From Beijerinckiaceae bacterium (GTDB lineage Bacteria > Pseudomonadota > Alphaproteobacteria > Rhizobiales > Beijerinckiaceae), in the NCBI GenBank assembly GCA_947454485.1, contig CANGJJ010000012.1, forward strand, positions 1,687 to 65,686: DNA of 64,000 nt, written 5' to 3'. Under the pieces are notes generated by a model that saw only the letters and a program-made list of their open reading frames with translations, had not been told where the DNA came from and ran no database searches. The stretch's first letter is position 1; every line of letters starts with the position of its first letter. The position numbers and the translations under genes are program-made. Shown here one piece after another: positions 18,588 through 27,589 of this stretch.

Positions 18588-20207
18588 GTGAGCGCCCAGC
18601 AGGCCCCCGCCGATTTCCACGAGCAACTTCGCCGCCTCGAGGAGCGCGGCCTTCTGGTGCGGATCGACCGCCCCATCTGCAAGGACACTGAGTTGCATCC
18701 CCTGATGCGCTGGCAGTTTCAGGGCGGCCTGCACGAATCGCAGCGCAAGGCCTTCCTCTACACCAATGTTCACGGCGTCGATGGCCGCAAATATGACATG
18801 CCGGTTGTCGTGGGCGCGCTGGCAGCCAACCCCGAGATCTATGCCACGGGCATGGGTGTGCCGGTCGAGCAGATCGGCGAGGTCTGGACCCGTGCCATGT
18901 CCAACCCGATTCCCCCCGTCAGCATCACCAATCCCCCCTGCCAGGAAGTGGTCATCACGGGTGCGGATCTCACCAAGCCGGGCGGCGGTCTGGCCTGCCT
19001 GCCGGTGCCGATCTCGACCCCCGGCTTTGATGCGGCCCCCTATTTCACCGCGACCCTCGCCGTCACCAAAGACCCCGAGACCGGGGTTCGCAATATGGGC
19101 ACCTATCGGGCGGGCCTTAAAGCGCTCGACCGGCTTGGCGTGCGCATGGCCAGCCGTCTGTCGGGCGCGGGCGGCTATCAGCATTGGCTGAAGTATAAAG
19201 AGCGCGGCGAGAAGATGCCCTGCGCCATCATTATCGGCTGCTCGCCGGTCGTCATGTTCACCGGCCCGCAAAAATTGCGCATCGATGAAGACGAGATGGC
19301 GGTGGCGGGCGGCCTGGCTGGCTATCCGATCCGCACCTGCAAGGCGCTGACGGTGGATCTTGAGATTCCAGCCGATGCCGAGATCGTCGTTGAGGGCCTG
19401 ATCGACACAGATATGCTCGAGCCAGAAGGCCCCTTCGGCGAGAGCCATGGCCATGTCGCGCTCGAAGGCTTCAATCTGTCGATGCAGGTGACTGCGATCA
19501 CGCATCGCAAGAAGGCGGTCTTTGTCTCAATCGTCTCGCAAGTGACGCCGAGCGAATCTTCGGTGATGAAGAAGGTGGCCTATGAGCCGCTGTTCCTCAA
19601 TCACCTCAAAAAAGATCTCAATGTGAAGGGTATTTCGCGCGTTGTGATGCACGAGCCCTTGTCGAATTTGCGCCCCGTCATCTTCTTGCAGTTCAAGCAA
19701 GGCGCGCCCAAGACTGAAGTCTGGCGCGGCCTGCAGGGAGCTGCGACGCTGCAAGCCCAATGCGGCAAGATCTGCGTGGCCGTGTCTGAAGATGTTGATC
19801 CGCACAATACCGATGCCGTCTTCTGGTCGATGGCCTATCGCTCCAATCCAATCGAAGATGTGCTCGTCATTCCCAATCGCGCGGGTGGCCATGGCCCCAA
19901 GGGTGGCAACAACTCCACATTGCTGATTGATGCGACGGCGAAGACTTTGATGCCGCCGCTGGCTTTGCCGACCAAGCCCTATATGGAAAAGGCGAAGGTC
20001 ATTTGGGAGGAGCTGGGCTTCCCCACCCTCTCCCCACAGCCGCCGTGGCATGGATATGAACTCGGCGACTGGGCAAAGCTCTGGGATGAATTTGCGGAGA
20101 ATGCTGTTCAGGGAAAATGGATCGAGAACGGCCTCAACACCTATGAGCGCCGCAAACCAGATCTCATTCCCGAGACGCCCGTTCGCAAAGTCGAAGACGT
20201 TAAGTAA
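18588..20207 (+). CDS. UbiD-family (prFMN-dependent) aromatic acid decarboxylase
   Basis: ORF track 18378..20207. I chose the GTG at 18588 (AGGA 8 nt upstream) because UbiD homology starts at DFHEQLRRLEERGLLVRIDRPICKDTELHPLMRWQF. The start codon is uncertain. Confidence 0.85.
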   Translation: MSAQQAPADFHEQLRRLEERGLLVRIDRPICKDTELHPLMRWQFQGGLHESQRKAFLYTNVHGVDGRKYDMPVVVGALAANPEIYATGMGVPVEQIGEVWTRAMSNPIPPVSITNPPCQEVVITGADLTKPGGGLACLPVPISTPGFDAAPYFTATLAVTKDPETGVRNMGTYRAGLKALDRLGVRMASRLSGAGGYQHWLKYKERGEKMPCAIIIGCSPVVMFTGPQKLRIDEDEMAVAGGLAGYPIRTCKALTVDLEIPADAEIVVEGLIDTDMLEPEGPFGESHGHVALEGFNLSMQVTAITHRKKAVFVSIVSQVTPSESSVMKKVAYEPLFLNHLKKDLNVKGISRVVMHEPLSNLRPVIFLQFKQGAPKTEVWRGLQGAATLQAQCGKICVAVSEDVDPHNTDAVFWSMAYRSNPIEDVLVIPNRAGGHGPKGGNNSTLLIDATAKTLMPPLALPTKPYMEKAKVIWEELGFPTLSPQPPWHGYELGDWAKLWDEFAENAVQGKWIENGLNTYERRKPDLIPETPVRKVEDVK

Positions 20208-20230
20208 GCCGCTCCAGCAGAGATAGACAT

Positions 20231-22594
20231 ATGCGCCCCATCGAAGCCGTATTGCTCAAGGCCATTGGCAAGCCTGTTCGTCGCAAAGAGGACGAACGTC
20301 TGATCACCGGCAAGGGCCGCTTCAGCGATGACTTCCGCTTTGAGGGCCAGACCCATGCGGTGATGGTGCGCTCGCCCCATCCCCATGCCCGCATCGTCAA
20401 AGTGCATAAAGACACAGCGCTCAGCCTGCCCGGCGTGCTCGGTGTCTTCACGGGTGCGGATGTTGTGGCAGATGGGCTCAACCCCATTCCCCATGATCCG
20501 CTGCCCAAGACCAAATATGACATGAAGCTCACCGCGCCTGATGGTACACGCGATGTCTTCATCGGCCCGCATATGTTGCTGCCCGCTGATCGCGCGCGCC
20601 ATGTGGGCGAAGCCGTCGCGATGATCGTGGCAGAGACCTATGCGCAGGCGCTCGATGCGGCTGAGGCTTTGCAGATTGATTACGAGGTTTTGCCCTTCGT
20701 CACCGACTCGCGCGAGGCCGCCAAGCCCGGCGCTGTGTCTGTGTGGGATGAGCTGCCCGACAATATCTGCGTCGAGACCTTCTTTGGCGATGAAGCTGCC
20801 ACTGCAGCGGGCTTTGCCAAGGCCAAACATGTCGTCGAATATGAGTTCCACATTGCGCGCGTGACAGGCGTGCCGCTGGAGCCGCGCGCAGCTGTCGCGA
20901 ATTTTGATCCAAAGACGGGCCGCTACACGCTTTATGCGGGCAGTGGCGGCGCGGTGCGTCAGAAGGCAGAGCTTGCCCATACGCTCAATATCAAGCCTGA
21001 GCAGCTGCGCGTTTTGTCTTATGACGTGGGCGGCAATTTCGGCACACGCAATCGCGCCTTTGTTGAATTTGGTCTCGTGCTCTGGGCGACAAAGAAACTC
21101 GGTCGCCCCGTGCGCTACACTGCCACGCGCTCTGAATCGTTCCTGAGCGATTATCAGGGGCGCGATCTTGTCTCGAAAGTCGCGCTGGCAATGGACGAGA
21201 ATGGCAAATTCCTCGCCATGCGCGCAGACAATCTCAGCAATGTGGGCTGCCGCGCCGTCTCCTTCTCGCCGCTTGGCAAGGGCTCGGGCCTCATCACGGG
21301 CTCTTACGATATTCCTGCCGCCCATTTGCGTGCGCGCGCGATCTTCACCAATACGATGCCCACGCAAGCCTATCGCAGCTCGGGCCGCCCCGAAGTCAAT
21401 TATGCGCTCGAGCGTTTGATCGAGATCGCAGCCAAGCGTCTTGGCATGGACAAGATCGAACTGCGCCGCAAGAATCTCGTGGGGCCGAAGAGCTTCCCCT
21501 ACAAGAATGGTGTGGGCGCTGTTTATGACAGCGGCACTTATGAGACCAATATGGATTGGTCGATGAAGCTGGCTGATTGGGCGCATATTGACGAGCGCCG
21601 TGCAGATGCCAAAAAGCGCGGCAAATTGCTCGGCGTCGGTCTTGCCAATTATGTCGAGTCCTCCATCGGCTCACCCAAAGAGCGCGCGGATATTACCGTC
21701 AAGCCTGAAGGCATGATTGATGTGGTGATCGGCACGCAGCCCAGCGGCCAAGGCCATGAGACGAGCTTTGCGCAGGTTGCCGCCGATATGCTCGGCGTTG
21801 ATGTAGAGCGCGTGAAGATCATCGTCGGCGATACTGACATTGTGCATGTGGGCGGCGGCTCGCATTCTGGCCGCTCCATGCGCCATGCGGGCACTGTCAT
21901 TGCGCTGGCCAGCGAAGATCTGATCAACAAGGGCAGCGCGATTGCCGCCCTGCACTTCAAAGTGCCGCAAGAACGGATCACATTCGACAATGGTCAGTTC
22001 CATGTGTCGGAGACGAATTTCTCGGTTGATCTGTTCGAGCTTGCACGTATTGCCGCACAGATGGATCTTCCCGATCCGCTCAAGGGTGGCCTGGCTGTTG
22101 AGCGCGCCAATGAAATGCATGATCCTGTCTTCCCCAATGGCACGGCGATCTGCGAAGTCGAGATTGATCCTGAGACCTGCGAGATGCAGGTCGTGCGTTA
22201 TGCCACTGTCGATGACGTGGGCCGCTGCATCAATCCGATGATCGTCCACGGCCAGACACATGGCGGCATTGTGCAGGGTCTGGGTCAGGCGATTTTCGAG
22301 CAATTCTATCTCGAGCCGGGCACAGGCCAGCCGCTCTGCGGCTCCTTCATGGATTATGGTATGCCGCGCGCCAGCGACATGCCGAGCTTCAATGCGGAGA
22401 TTGCTGAAGTGCTCTCGCCCACCAATCCGCTTGGCATCAAGGCTGGCGGTGAAGGCGGCACGACACCTGCGCTCGCGACTTTGGTGAATGCGGTTGTGGA
22501 TGCGCTCTCGCCCTATGGCGTTGAGCATATCGACATGCCCGTGACGCCGCTCGCCATCTGGAACGCCATTCACTCTGCCAAGACCAAGCCCTGA
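20231..22594 (+). CDS. Xanthine-dehydrogenase-family molybdopterin-binding large subunit (CoxL/CutL-like)
   Basis: 787 aa. IGKPVRRKEDERLITGKGRFSDD N-terminus, DVGGNFG, and active-site-loop region QAYRSSGRPE. No adjacent CoxS ([2Fe-2S]) or CoxM (FAD) genes. Confidence 0.9.
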   Translation: MRPIEAVLLKAIGKPVRRKEDERLITGKGRFSDDFRFEGQTHAVMVRSPHPHARIVKVHKDTALSLPGVLGVFTGADVVADGLNPIPHDPLPKTKYDMKLTAPDGTRDVFIGPHMLLPADRARHVGEAVAMIVAETYAQALDAAEALQIDYEVLPFVTDSREAAKPGAVSVWDELPDNICVETFFGDEAATAAGFAKAKHVVEYEFHIARVTGVPLEPRAAVANFDPKTGRYTLYAGSGGAVRQKAELAHTLNIKPEQLRVLSYDVGGNFGTRNRAFVEFGLVLWATKKLGRPVRYTATRSESFLSDYQGRDLVSKVALAMDENGKFLAMRADNLSNVGCRAVSFSPLGKGSGLITGSYDIPAAHLRARAIFTNTMPTQAYRSSGRPEVNYALERLIEIAAKRLGMDKIELRRKNLVGPKSFPYKNGVGAVYDSGTYETNMDWSMKLADWAHIDERRADAKKRGKLLGVGLANYVESSIGSPKERADITVKPEGMIDVVIGTQPSGQGHETSFAQVAADMLGVDVERVKIIVGDTDIVHVGGGSHSGRSMRHAGTVIALASEDLINKGSAIAALHFKVPQERITFDNGQFHVSETNFSVDLFELARIAAQMDLPDPLKGGLAVERANEMHDPVFPNGTAICEVEIDPETCEMQVVRYATVDDVGRCINPMIVHGQTHGGIVQGLGQAIFEQFYLEPGTGQPLCGSFMDYGMPRASDMPSFNAEIAEVLSPTNPLGIKAGGEGGTTPALATLVNAVVDALSPYGVEHIDMPVTPLAIWNAIHSAKTKP

Positions 22595-22609
22595 TCAACG
22601 GAGCCTTCA

Positions 22610-23536
22610 GTGACACAGACTGTCAAACTCATCGCCTTTCCTGGCGCGCCCAATCTGCCGATCTTTGTTGCGCAGGAAAAAGGCTGGTTCACAAAGCATG
22701 GCATTGACCTTGCCATCACCATGACGCCCTCGTCTGGCTACCAAGCCGAAGCGCTCGCCAAGGGCGAGTTTGATATGGCTGGCACGGCATTCGACAATGT
22801 TGTTGCTTACACCGAAGGTCAGGGTGCAGTCGCTTTGCCGCAGACGCCCGACTTCTTCGCCTTCATCGGCGCGACACAGATTGAATTGTCGATCATCGCC
22901 CAGCCTGAATATAAGAGCGTCGCGGATCTGGCTGGCAAGAATCTCGCGCTTGATGCGCCCGGCACCGGCTTTGCCTTTGTGTTCTATCACATGCTCGAAA
23001 AGGGCGGCGTGAAGCCTGGCACTTATGAGCGCGCAGCCGTTGGCGCAACGCCATCGCGTTGGGAAGCTGTGAAAACCGGCACGCATCCTGCCACGATGAC
23101 GATTGAGCCCTTTACATCCATTGCTGCGGCGCAGGGCTTCAATGTGCTCGCCAAGAGCACCGACACGATCAAGGCCTATCAGGGTGGTTGCTTTGCCTCG
23201 CGCAGATCATGGGCTGCGCAGAATCCAGACGCCATCAAGGGCTTCATCAAAGCCTATCTCGATGGTCTTGCCTGGACGCTGGATCCGGCCAATCGCGAAG
23301 AGGCCTCGCAGATCCTCTTGCGTAACATGGCTGACATCAAGCCGGGCGTTGTGGGCTCTGTGATGAACAGCCTGCTCTCGCCGACCTCTGGCCTCACGCC
23401 CAAGGGCGAGATGCTGATTGAGGGTATCCGCACCGTGCTTGATCTGCGCAGCCGCTATGGCAAGCCCGGAACTGCGCTGAGCGATCCGCACAAATATATC
23501 GACCTCACCTATTACAATGAGGCCATCAAAGGCTGA
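22610..23536 (+). CDS. NMT1/THI5/SsuA-like periplasmic-binding-fold protein without a signal peptide (predicted cytoplasmic)
   Basis: GTG start. The N-terminus MTQTVKLIAFPGAPNLPIFVAQEKGWF enters the first beta-strand directly, with no hydrophobic leader or AxA site. It is the third gene of the UbiD operon (15-nt gap). Confidence 0.75.
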   Translation: MTQTVKLIAFPGAPNLPIFVAQEKGWFTKHGIDLAITMTPSSGYQAEALAKGEFDMAGTAFDNVVAYTEGQGAVALPQTPDFFAFIGATQIELSIIAQPEYKSVADLAGKNLALDAPGTGFAFVFYHMLEKGGVKPGTYERAAVGATPSRWEAVKTGTHPATMTIEPFTSIAAAQGFNVLAKSTDTIKAYQGGCFASRRSWAAQNPDAIKGFIKAYLDGLAWTLDPANREEASQILLRNMADIKPGVVGSVMNSLLSPTSGLTPKGEMLIEGIRTVLDLRSRYGKPGTALSDPHKYIDLTYYNEAIKG

Positions 23537-23559
23537 GTTTTGACGCTCACACAGCCAAG

Positions 23560-23589
23560 GGAGAGGAGCCGAAGCTCCTCTCCTTTTTT
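23560..23589 (+). terminator. Rho-independent terminator closing the UbiD/CoxL-like/NMT1-like operon
   Basis: GGAGAGGAGC-CGAA-GCTCCTCTCC followed by TTTTTT, a perfect 10-bp stem. Confidence 0.85.
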
Positions 23590-23693
23590 GTTAGTGCCGC
23601 GCAACGCGCCCGAAACTGCGCATCTTGACTTTGGATCTGCAAGCCTTAACCCCGGCATGGACATGGCCGCTCAGCGGGCCGAGGGAGGACGAA

Positions 23694-24740
23694 ATGTTCA
23701 GTGCAACGCGCCGGACCTTATTGACGCTTGGCGGCAGCGCCATGGCTCTCAGCCTGACCGGGGTGCGCCCTGCCCTTGCCAATTCTTTCTTCGAAGGCAA
23801 GACGCTGCATTTTTATGTCGGCATCCCTCCGGGCGGCGCTTATGATTTGGCACCGCGCATTCTGGCCGCACATCTGGGCAAACATATTCCCGGCAATCCC
23901 AAGATCGTCGTTGAGAATATGCCCGGAGCTGGCAGCCTGACGATGATGAACTATCTCTACAACCGCGCTGCACGTGATGGCACAGCCATCGGCTTTCCGA
24001 TGAATACGATGCTGCTCGAGCCCGCGCTCAAACTCGTGTCTGGCACGAGCGGCAATGCGCAATTTGATCTGTCGCGTATGGCTTGGCTCGGCACGCCGGG
24101 GCAAGATCCCGCTGTCGCATGGGTGGGCGGTGCATCTCCCGTCAAGAGCTTTGAAGATTTGCGCACCAAGGGCGCGACCTTTGGCTCGACGGGGGCTGGC
24201 GCCGACAGCACGGTGCTCGCCAATCTGTCGAACCGTTTGCTGGGCACCAAGATCAAAGTCGTCGCGGGCTATAAGGGCGTGGCAGATTATCTCCTCGCAT
24301 TTGAAGGTGGCGAGATTGATGGCGCGGTGACAACCTATGCTGCGCTGATGGCCGCGCGCCCGGACTGGATCAAGAGCGGACGCATTCGTGTGCTCGCGCA
24401 ATTTGGTACAGACCGCAGCAAAGAAATGCCCGATGTGCCAACCGGAATTGAACTGGCCAGTGACAAAGAGGCCAAGGAAATGCTCGCCCTCTATGGCGTG
24501 AAATTCACCGCTGCTTATCCTGTCGTCCTGCCACCTTCTGTGCCTGACGAGCAGGTGCGCATATTGCGTGAGGCTTTTGCAGCGACAATGAATGATCCTG
24601 AATTTCAGGCGCAGCTGTCGCCCATGCGCATCTCTGGCGGCATGGTGACACCGGCTATGGTCGAGCGCTTCGTCAAGGAGCTCGACGGCGCGCCGAAAAA
24701 TGTCATCGACCAGCTGCGTCAGGTTCTCGAAGGAAAGTAA
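23694..24740 (+). CDS. Bug-family (TctC-like) substrate-binding protein
   Basis: ORF track 23625..24740. The ATG at 23694 follows GGGAGGA. MFSATRRTLLTLGGSAMALSLTGVRPALA is a signal peptide (RR-containing). GGAYDLAPRILAAHLGKHIPGNPKIVVENMPGAGS. Confidence 0.88.
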   Translation: MFSATRRTLLTLGGSAMALSLTGVRPALANSFFEGKTLHFYVGIPPGGAYDLAPRILAAHLGKHIPGNPKIVVENMPGAGSLTMMNYLYNRAARDGTAIGFPMNTMLLEPALKLVSGTSGNAQFDLSRMAWLGTPGQDPAVAWVGGASPVKSFEDLRTKGATFGSTGAGADSTVLANLSNRLLGTKIKVVAGYKGVADYLLAFEGGEIDGAVTTYAALMAARPDWIKSGRIRVLAQFGTDRSKEMPDVPTGIELASDKEAKEMLALYGVKFTAAYPVVLPPSVPDEQVRILREAFAATMNDPEFQAQLSPMRISGGMVTPAMVERFVKELDGAPKNVIDQLRQVLEGK

Positions 24741-24745
24741 GGCCC

Positions 24746-25840
24746 ATGAAGACGCTGGTTCTCGAACAAGACGCCTTCATGCGCATGTTCGTGCCGATGC
24801 TTGATCCCTCAGCATCGCAAGAATTCATGGATGCGGTGGCGGATTTTTTCGCCCATGACGAGCCTGACTTTACAGGCTGGCTGGCGCGCCTGCGCCCGTC
24901 CATTCCCGGCCTGTTTCCTGCGCGCGTTCTGTTGGCCGAAGATCAAGACCATTTCCGCAAGCTGCTGCCCGAAGCAGATGCCTGTTTGATCGAGAGCCTG
25001 CGTTTTGGTGAAGAGGAGCTTGCGCTCGCACCCAAGATGACTGTGGTGCAGAAATACGGCTTCATCACACGCAATATTGATCTTGCCGCCTGCGCCAAGC
25101 GCTGCGTTGTGGTGAGCACGCAGCGTCGCCGCATCAATATCGCGCTCTCAGAATTGGCCTTTGCGCTGATGGCCGCGATGGGCAAACATCTGTTCGAGCT
25201 GAACCATGTGATTGATGAGCCGCGCTTGAACGCGGCGGGCCATACAATCCGCCCCTATGACAAGCGCTATACGGGCGGCAGCAATTTTGCGCGTATCCCC
25301 AAATTGCGCACGATGTTTGGCAAGACTCTCGGCATCATTGGCTTTGGCGAAGTGGGGCGCGAGATTGCGCGCAAGGCGGCCGCCTTTGAGATGAAGGTCA
25401 TCTATACGCAGCGCACGCGCCTCACCGAGGCCGAAGAGAATTTCTACAATGCGCGCTATGTGCCTTTGATGGAGCTGATGGCGCAGTCAGATTATATGAC
25501 CGTCAATCTGCCTGTAACGGATCAGACGCGCGGGATCTTGGGCGCGAAAGAGTTGCGCGCGGCCAAGCAAGGCTCGTTCCTCGTCAATGTCTCGCGGCCT
25601 GAACTCATTGACCGCGCGGCTTTGTTTGAGGCGATCGACGCCAAACGTCTGGCTGGCTATGGCACGGATGTGTGGTTCGAGCGGCCCGCCAAATCGGATG
25701 ATCCTGTCTTTGGCTATAACAACATTGTTGTGATGCCCCATACCGCCATCGCTGACCGCCACAATGCGCTGGAGGATATCGAAGAGATGTTCCTCAAAAT
25801 GTCGCAGGCCCTGGTCAATCGCGACACATTGAGGGCCTGA
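24746..25840 (+). CDS. D-isomer-specific 2-hydroxyacid dehydrogenase family protein with an extended N-terminus
   Basis: 364 aa. [20 protein letters not shown] (GxGxxG) and VVMPHTA are present. 5-nt gap after the Bug gene. Confidence 0.82.
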   Translation: MKTLVLEQDAFMRMFVPMLDPSASQEFMDAVADFFAHDEPDFTGWLARLRPSIPGLFPARVLLAEDQDHFRKLLPEADACLIESLRFGEEELALAPKMTVVQKYGFITRNIDLAACAKRCVVVSTQRRRINIALSELAFALMAAMGKHLFELNHVIDEPRLNAAGHTIRPYDKRYTGGSNFARIPKLRTMFGKTLGIIGFGEVGREIARKAAAFEMKVIYTQRTRLTEAEENFYNARYVPLMELMAQSDYMTVNLPVTDQTRGILGAKELRAAKQGSFLVNVSRPELIDRAALFEAIDAKRLAGYGTDVWFERPAKSDDPVFGYNNIVVMPHTAIADRHNALEDIEEMFLKMSQALVNRDTLRA

Positions 25841-25842
25841 CC

Positions 25843-26373
25843 ATGGCGCATGTGACTTTGCTCGAAGATGGTTTGGACGACAAAGCCAAAGAGCTTGTTG
25901 TGCAATTGAAGAAGGGCCGCCGTGGCAATCTGCTCGGCATCTATAAAGCGCTTTTACACAATGGCGATTTGGCGCAAAGCTGGTTCGACCATCTCAATGC
26001 TGTGCGCTGGGGCACGAAACTCAGCGGACGCTTGCGCGAAATTCTCATCATCCGCGTCGGCTGGCGGCTGGGGAGCGCCTATATTATCAAGCAGCATATT
26101 CCCAAGCTCGCCGTGCCTGAGGGTTTGAGCGAAGAAGATTGCGCGGCTTTGTTGAAGGACGAGATTGATGCGCGCTTTTCTGACGCCGAGCGCGCGGCGA
26201 TCTCTGCGGCTGATGAGCTGACGCTACAGGTAAAGTTGAAAGAGACCACCGCTGCGACGGTGAAGCAACATTATGGTGAGCGCGGCCTTGTTGAGATCGC
26301 CGTGCTGGTCAGCACCTATAATATGCATGCGCGCTTTGTCGGCGGGCTTGATATCGAGCTGGAGAAGGATTGA
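25843..26373 (+). CDS. Carboxymuconolactone decarboxylase (CMD/AhpD-like) family protein
   Basis: 176 aa. LREILIIRVGWRLGSAYIIKQH is typical of the CMD-domain helix pair. 2-nt gap to the upstream gene. Confidence 0.75.
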   Translation: MAHVTLLEDGLDDKAKELVVQLKKGRRGNLLGIYKALLHNGDLAQSWFDHLNAVRWGTKLSGRLREILIIRVGWRLGSAYIIKQHIPKLAVPEGLSEEDCAALLKDEIDARFSDAERAAISAADELTLQVKLKETTAATVKQHYGERGLVEIAVLVSTYNMHARFVGGLDIELEKD

Positions 26374-26649
26374 GGCGCACGCTGCGCCTCTCATAGTTCA
26401 CATCCGATCCCCTCATCCGTCCGCTCCGCGGCCACCTTCTCCCACTGGGAGAAGGGTGACGTAGGGTTGCTGCCATCTAAAAAGAAAAGGCTCCCGCTCC
26501 TCCCAGAGGGAGGAGCTGTCAGCGGATGCTGACTGAGGAGGGGATCGCGCTTAACAAAAAGAGGCGCAACAATCGCTGCGCCTCTCACAACTTTCTCCCG
26601 ATCCCCTCATCCGCCCGCGCTGCGGGCAACTTCTCCCACTGGGAGAAGG
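26372..26649. repeat. Mosaic palindromic repeat cluster 2 (modules in opposite orientation to cluster 1)
   Basis: The first module is hairpin GAGGCGCA-CGC-TGCGCCTC (26372-26390). Next are a reverse-oriented AB module (26404-26455) and a reverse-oriented C module (26489-26550). These are followed by hairpin GAGGCGCA...TGCGCCTC (26561-26584) and a second reverse AB module (26597-26649). Palindromes lie at 26435-26455, 26496-26516 and 26630-26648. Confidence 0.9.
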
Positions 26650-26656
26650 AAGCCAC

Positions 26657-27526
26657 TCAATAAGGCGGCTTGGCACATTCGACCGTGGTGCGCAGCATCA
26701 AGCGGCGCTGATCGGCGGGGAAGTCGGTGCGCGCATGGGTCGAGCAGCGATTGTCCCAGAGCAGAATATCGCCCACCTGCCACTTATGCGCATAGATGAA
26801 CTCAGGCTTCTCCATATGGTCGAACACATGATCGAGAATGGGCTGCGCCTCAGTATCGTCCATGCCTTCGATGCCAACCGTCATAAGCCGGTTCACATAG
26901 ATGGCCTTCTTGCCCGTCTGGTCATGGGTACGGAAGAAAGGATGCAGGCTTTCACCAAAAGCCTCGGTGCCCTTGCCATCGCCCTTCACCACTGAACCGT
27001 AGTTGTAGAAATGGCGCGCGCGCTTGCCCTCGAGCTTGTTGCGCAGCGCAGGGTCGAGCGTGTCATAAGCCGCATAGCCACTGGCAAACAATGTATCACC
27101 ACCCCAGGTCGGCACTTCCACCGAATAGAGCATCGTGCCTGCATCGGGATTGGCCGAGTGGATCATGTCGTGATGGAACATCATCTCGCCATCAGGCAGC
27201 GCGCCAATGGGCTCGCCATTCTCGCGGATATTGGTGATGAGCATGATGTTTGGCAGGATCTTGTCGAAGCCCGGCGGGAAATATTTGGGCGGGCGACGCA
27301 TATGGCCCACGGGACCGAAATAGGCGGTCACGCGCAGCAGATCTTCCTGCGTGAGTTTCTGATCACGGAAGACGATAACGAGATGTTTGAGGAAGGCCTC
27401 ATTGATGGCCTCGATATCTTCATCGCTCAGCGGCTTGGTCATATCAAGGCCGCGCATTTCAGCGCCGATATGGTTCGTGAGCGGGATGACTTCGAGGTCA
27501 CTCTTGGTTGCGGTCGTCATGATCAT
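26657..27526 (-). CDS. TauD/TfdA-family Fe(II)/2-oxoglutarate-dependent dioxygenase
   Basis: 289 aa. IGAEMRGLDMTKPLSDEDIEAINEAFLKHLVIVFRDQ and the HHD iron motif (MFHHDMIH). Confidence 0.88.
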   Translation of the reverse strand: MIMTTATKSDLEVIPLTNHIGAEMRGLDMTKPLSDEDIEAINEAFLKHLVIVFRDQKLTQEDLLRVTAYFGPVGHMRRPPKYFPPGFDKILPNIMLITNIRENGEPIGALPDGEMMFHHDMIHSANPDAGTMLYSVEVPTWGGDTLFASGYAAYDTLDPALRNKLEGKRARHFYNYGSVVKGDGKGTEAFGESLHPFFRTHDQTGKKAIYVNRLMTVGIEGMDDTEAQPILDHVFDHMEKPEFIYAHKWQVGDILLWDNRCSTHARTDFPADQRRLMLRTTVECAKPPY

Positions 27527-27589
27527 TCCTCCAGGGGCTGTCGCCCTTATTCTTGGTCAAGTTTAGCCATCATCCGCCGATGCGCAATA

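Noticed and set aside
20141-21586. 481-aa minus-strand ORF; likewise 21671..22573 and 18522..19505
   Set aside because: These are antisense to the CoxL-like and UbiD genes, whose family motifs are unambiguous. They have no motifs of their own.
17587-26373. A beta-ketoadipate pathway inferred from the PcaD-like hydrolase (17587) and the CMD/PcaC-like protein (25843)
   Set aside because: The two genes are about 7 kb apart in different operons. There is no pcaB, pcaGH or pcaIJF, and both folds are widespread in unrelated pathways.
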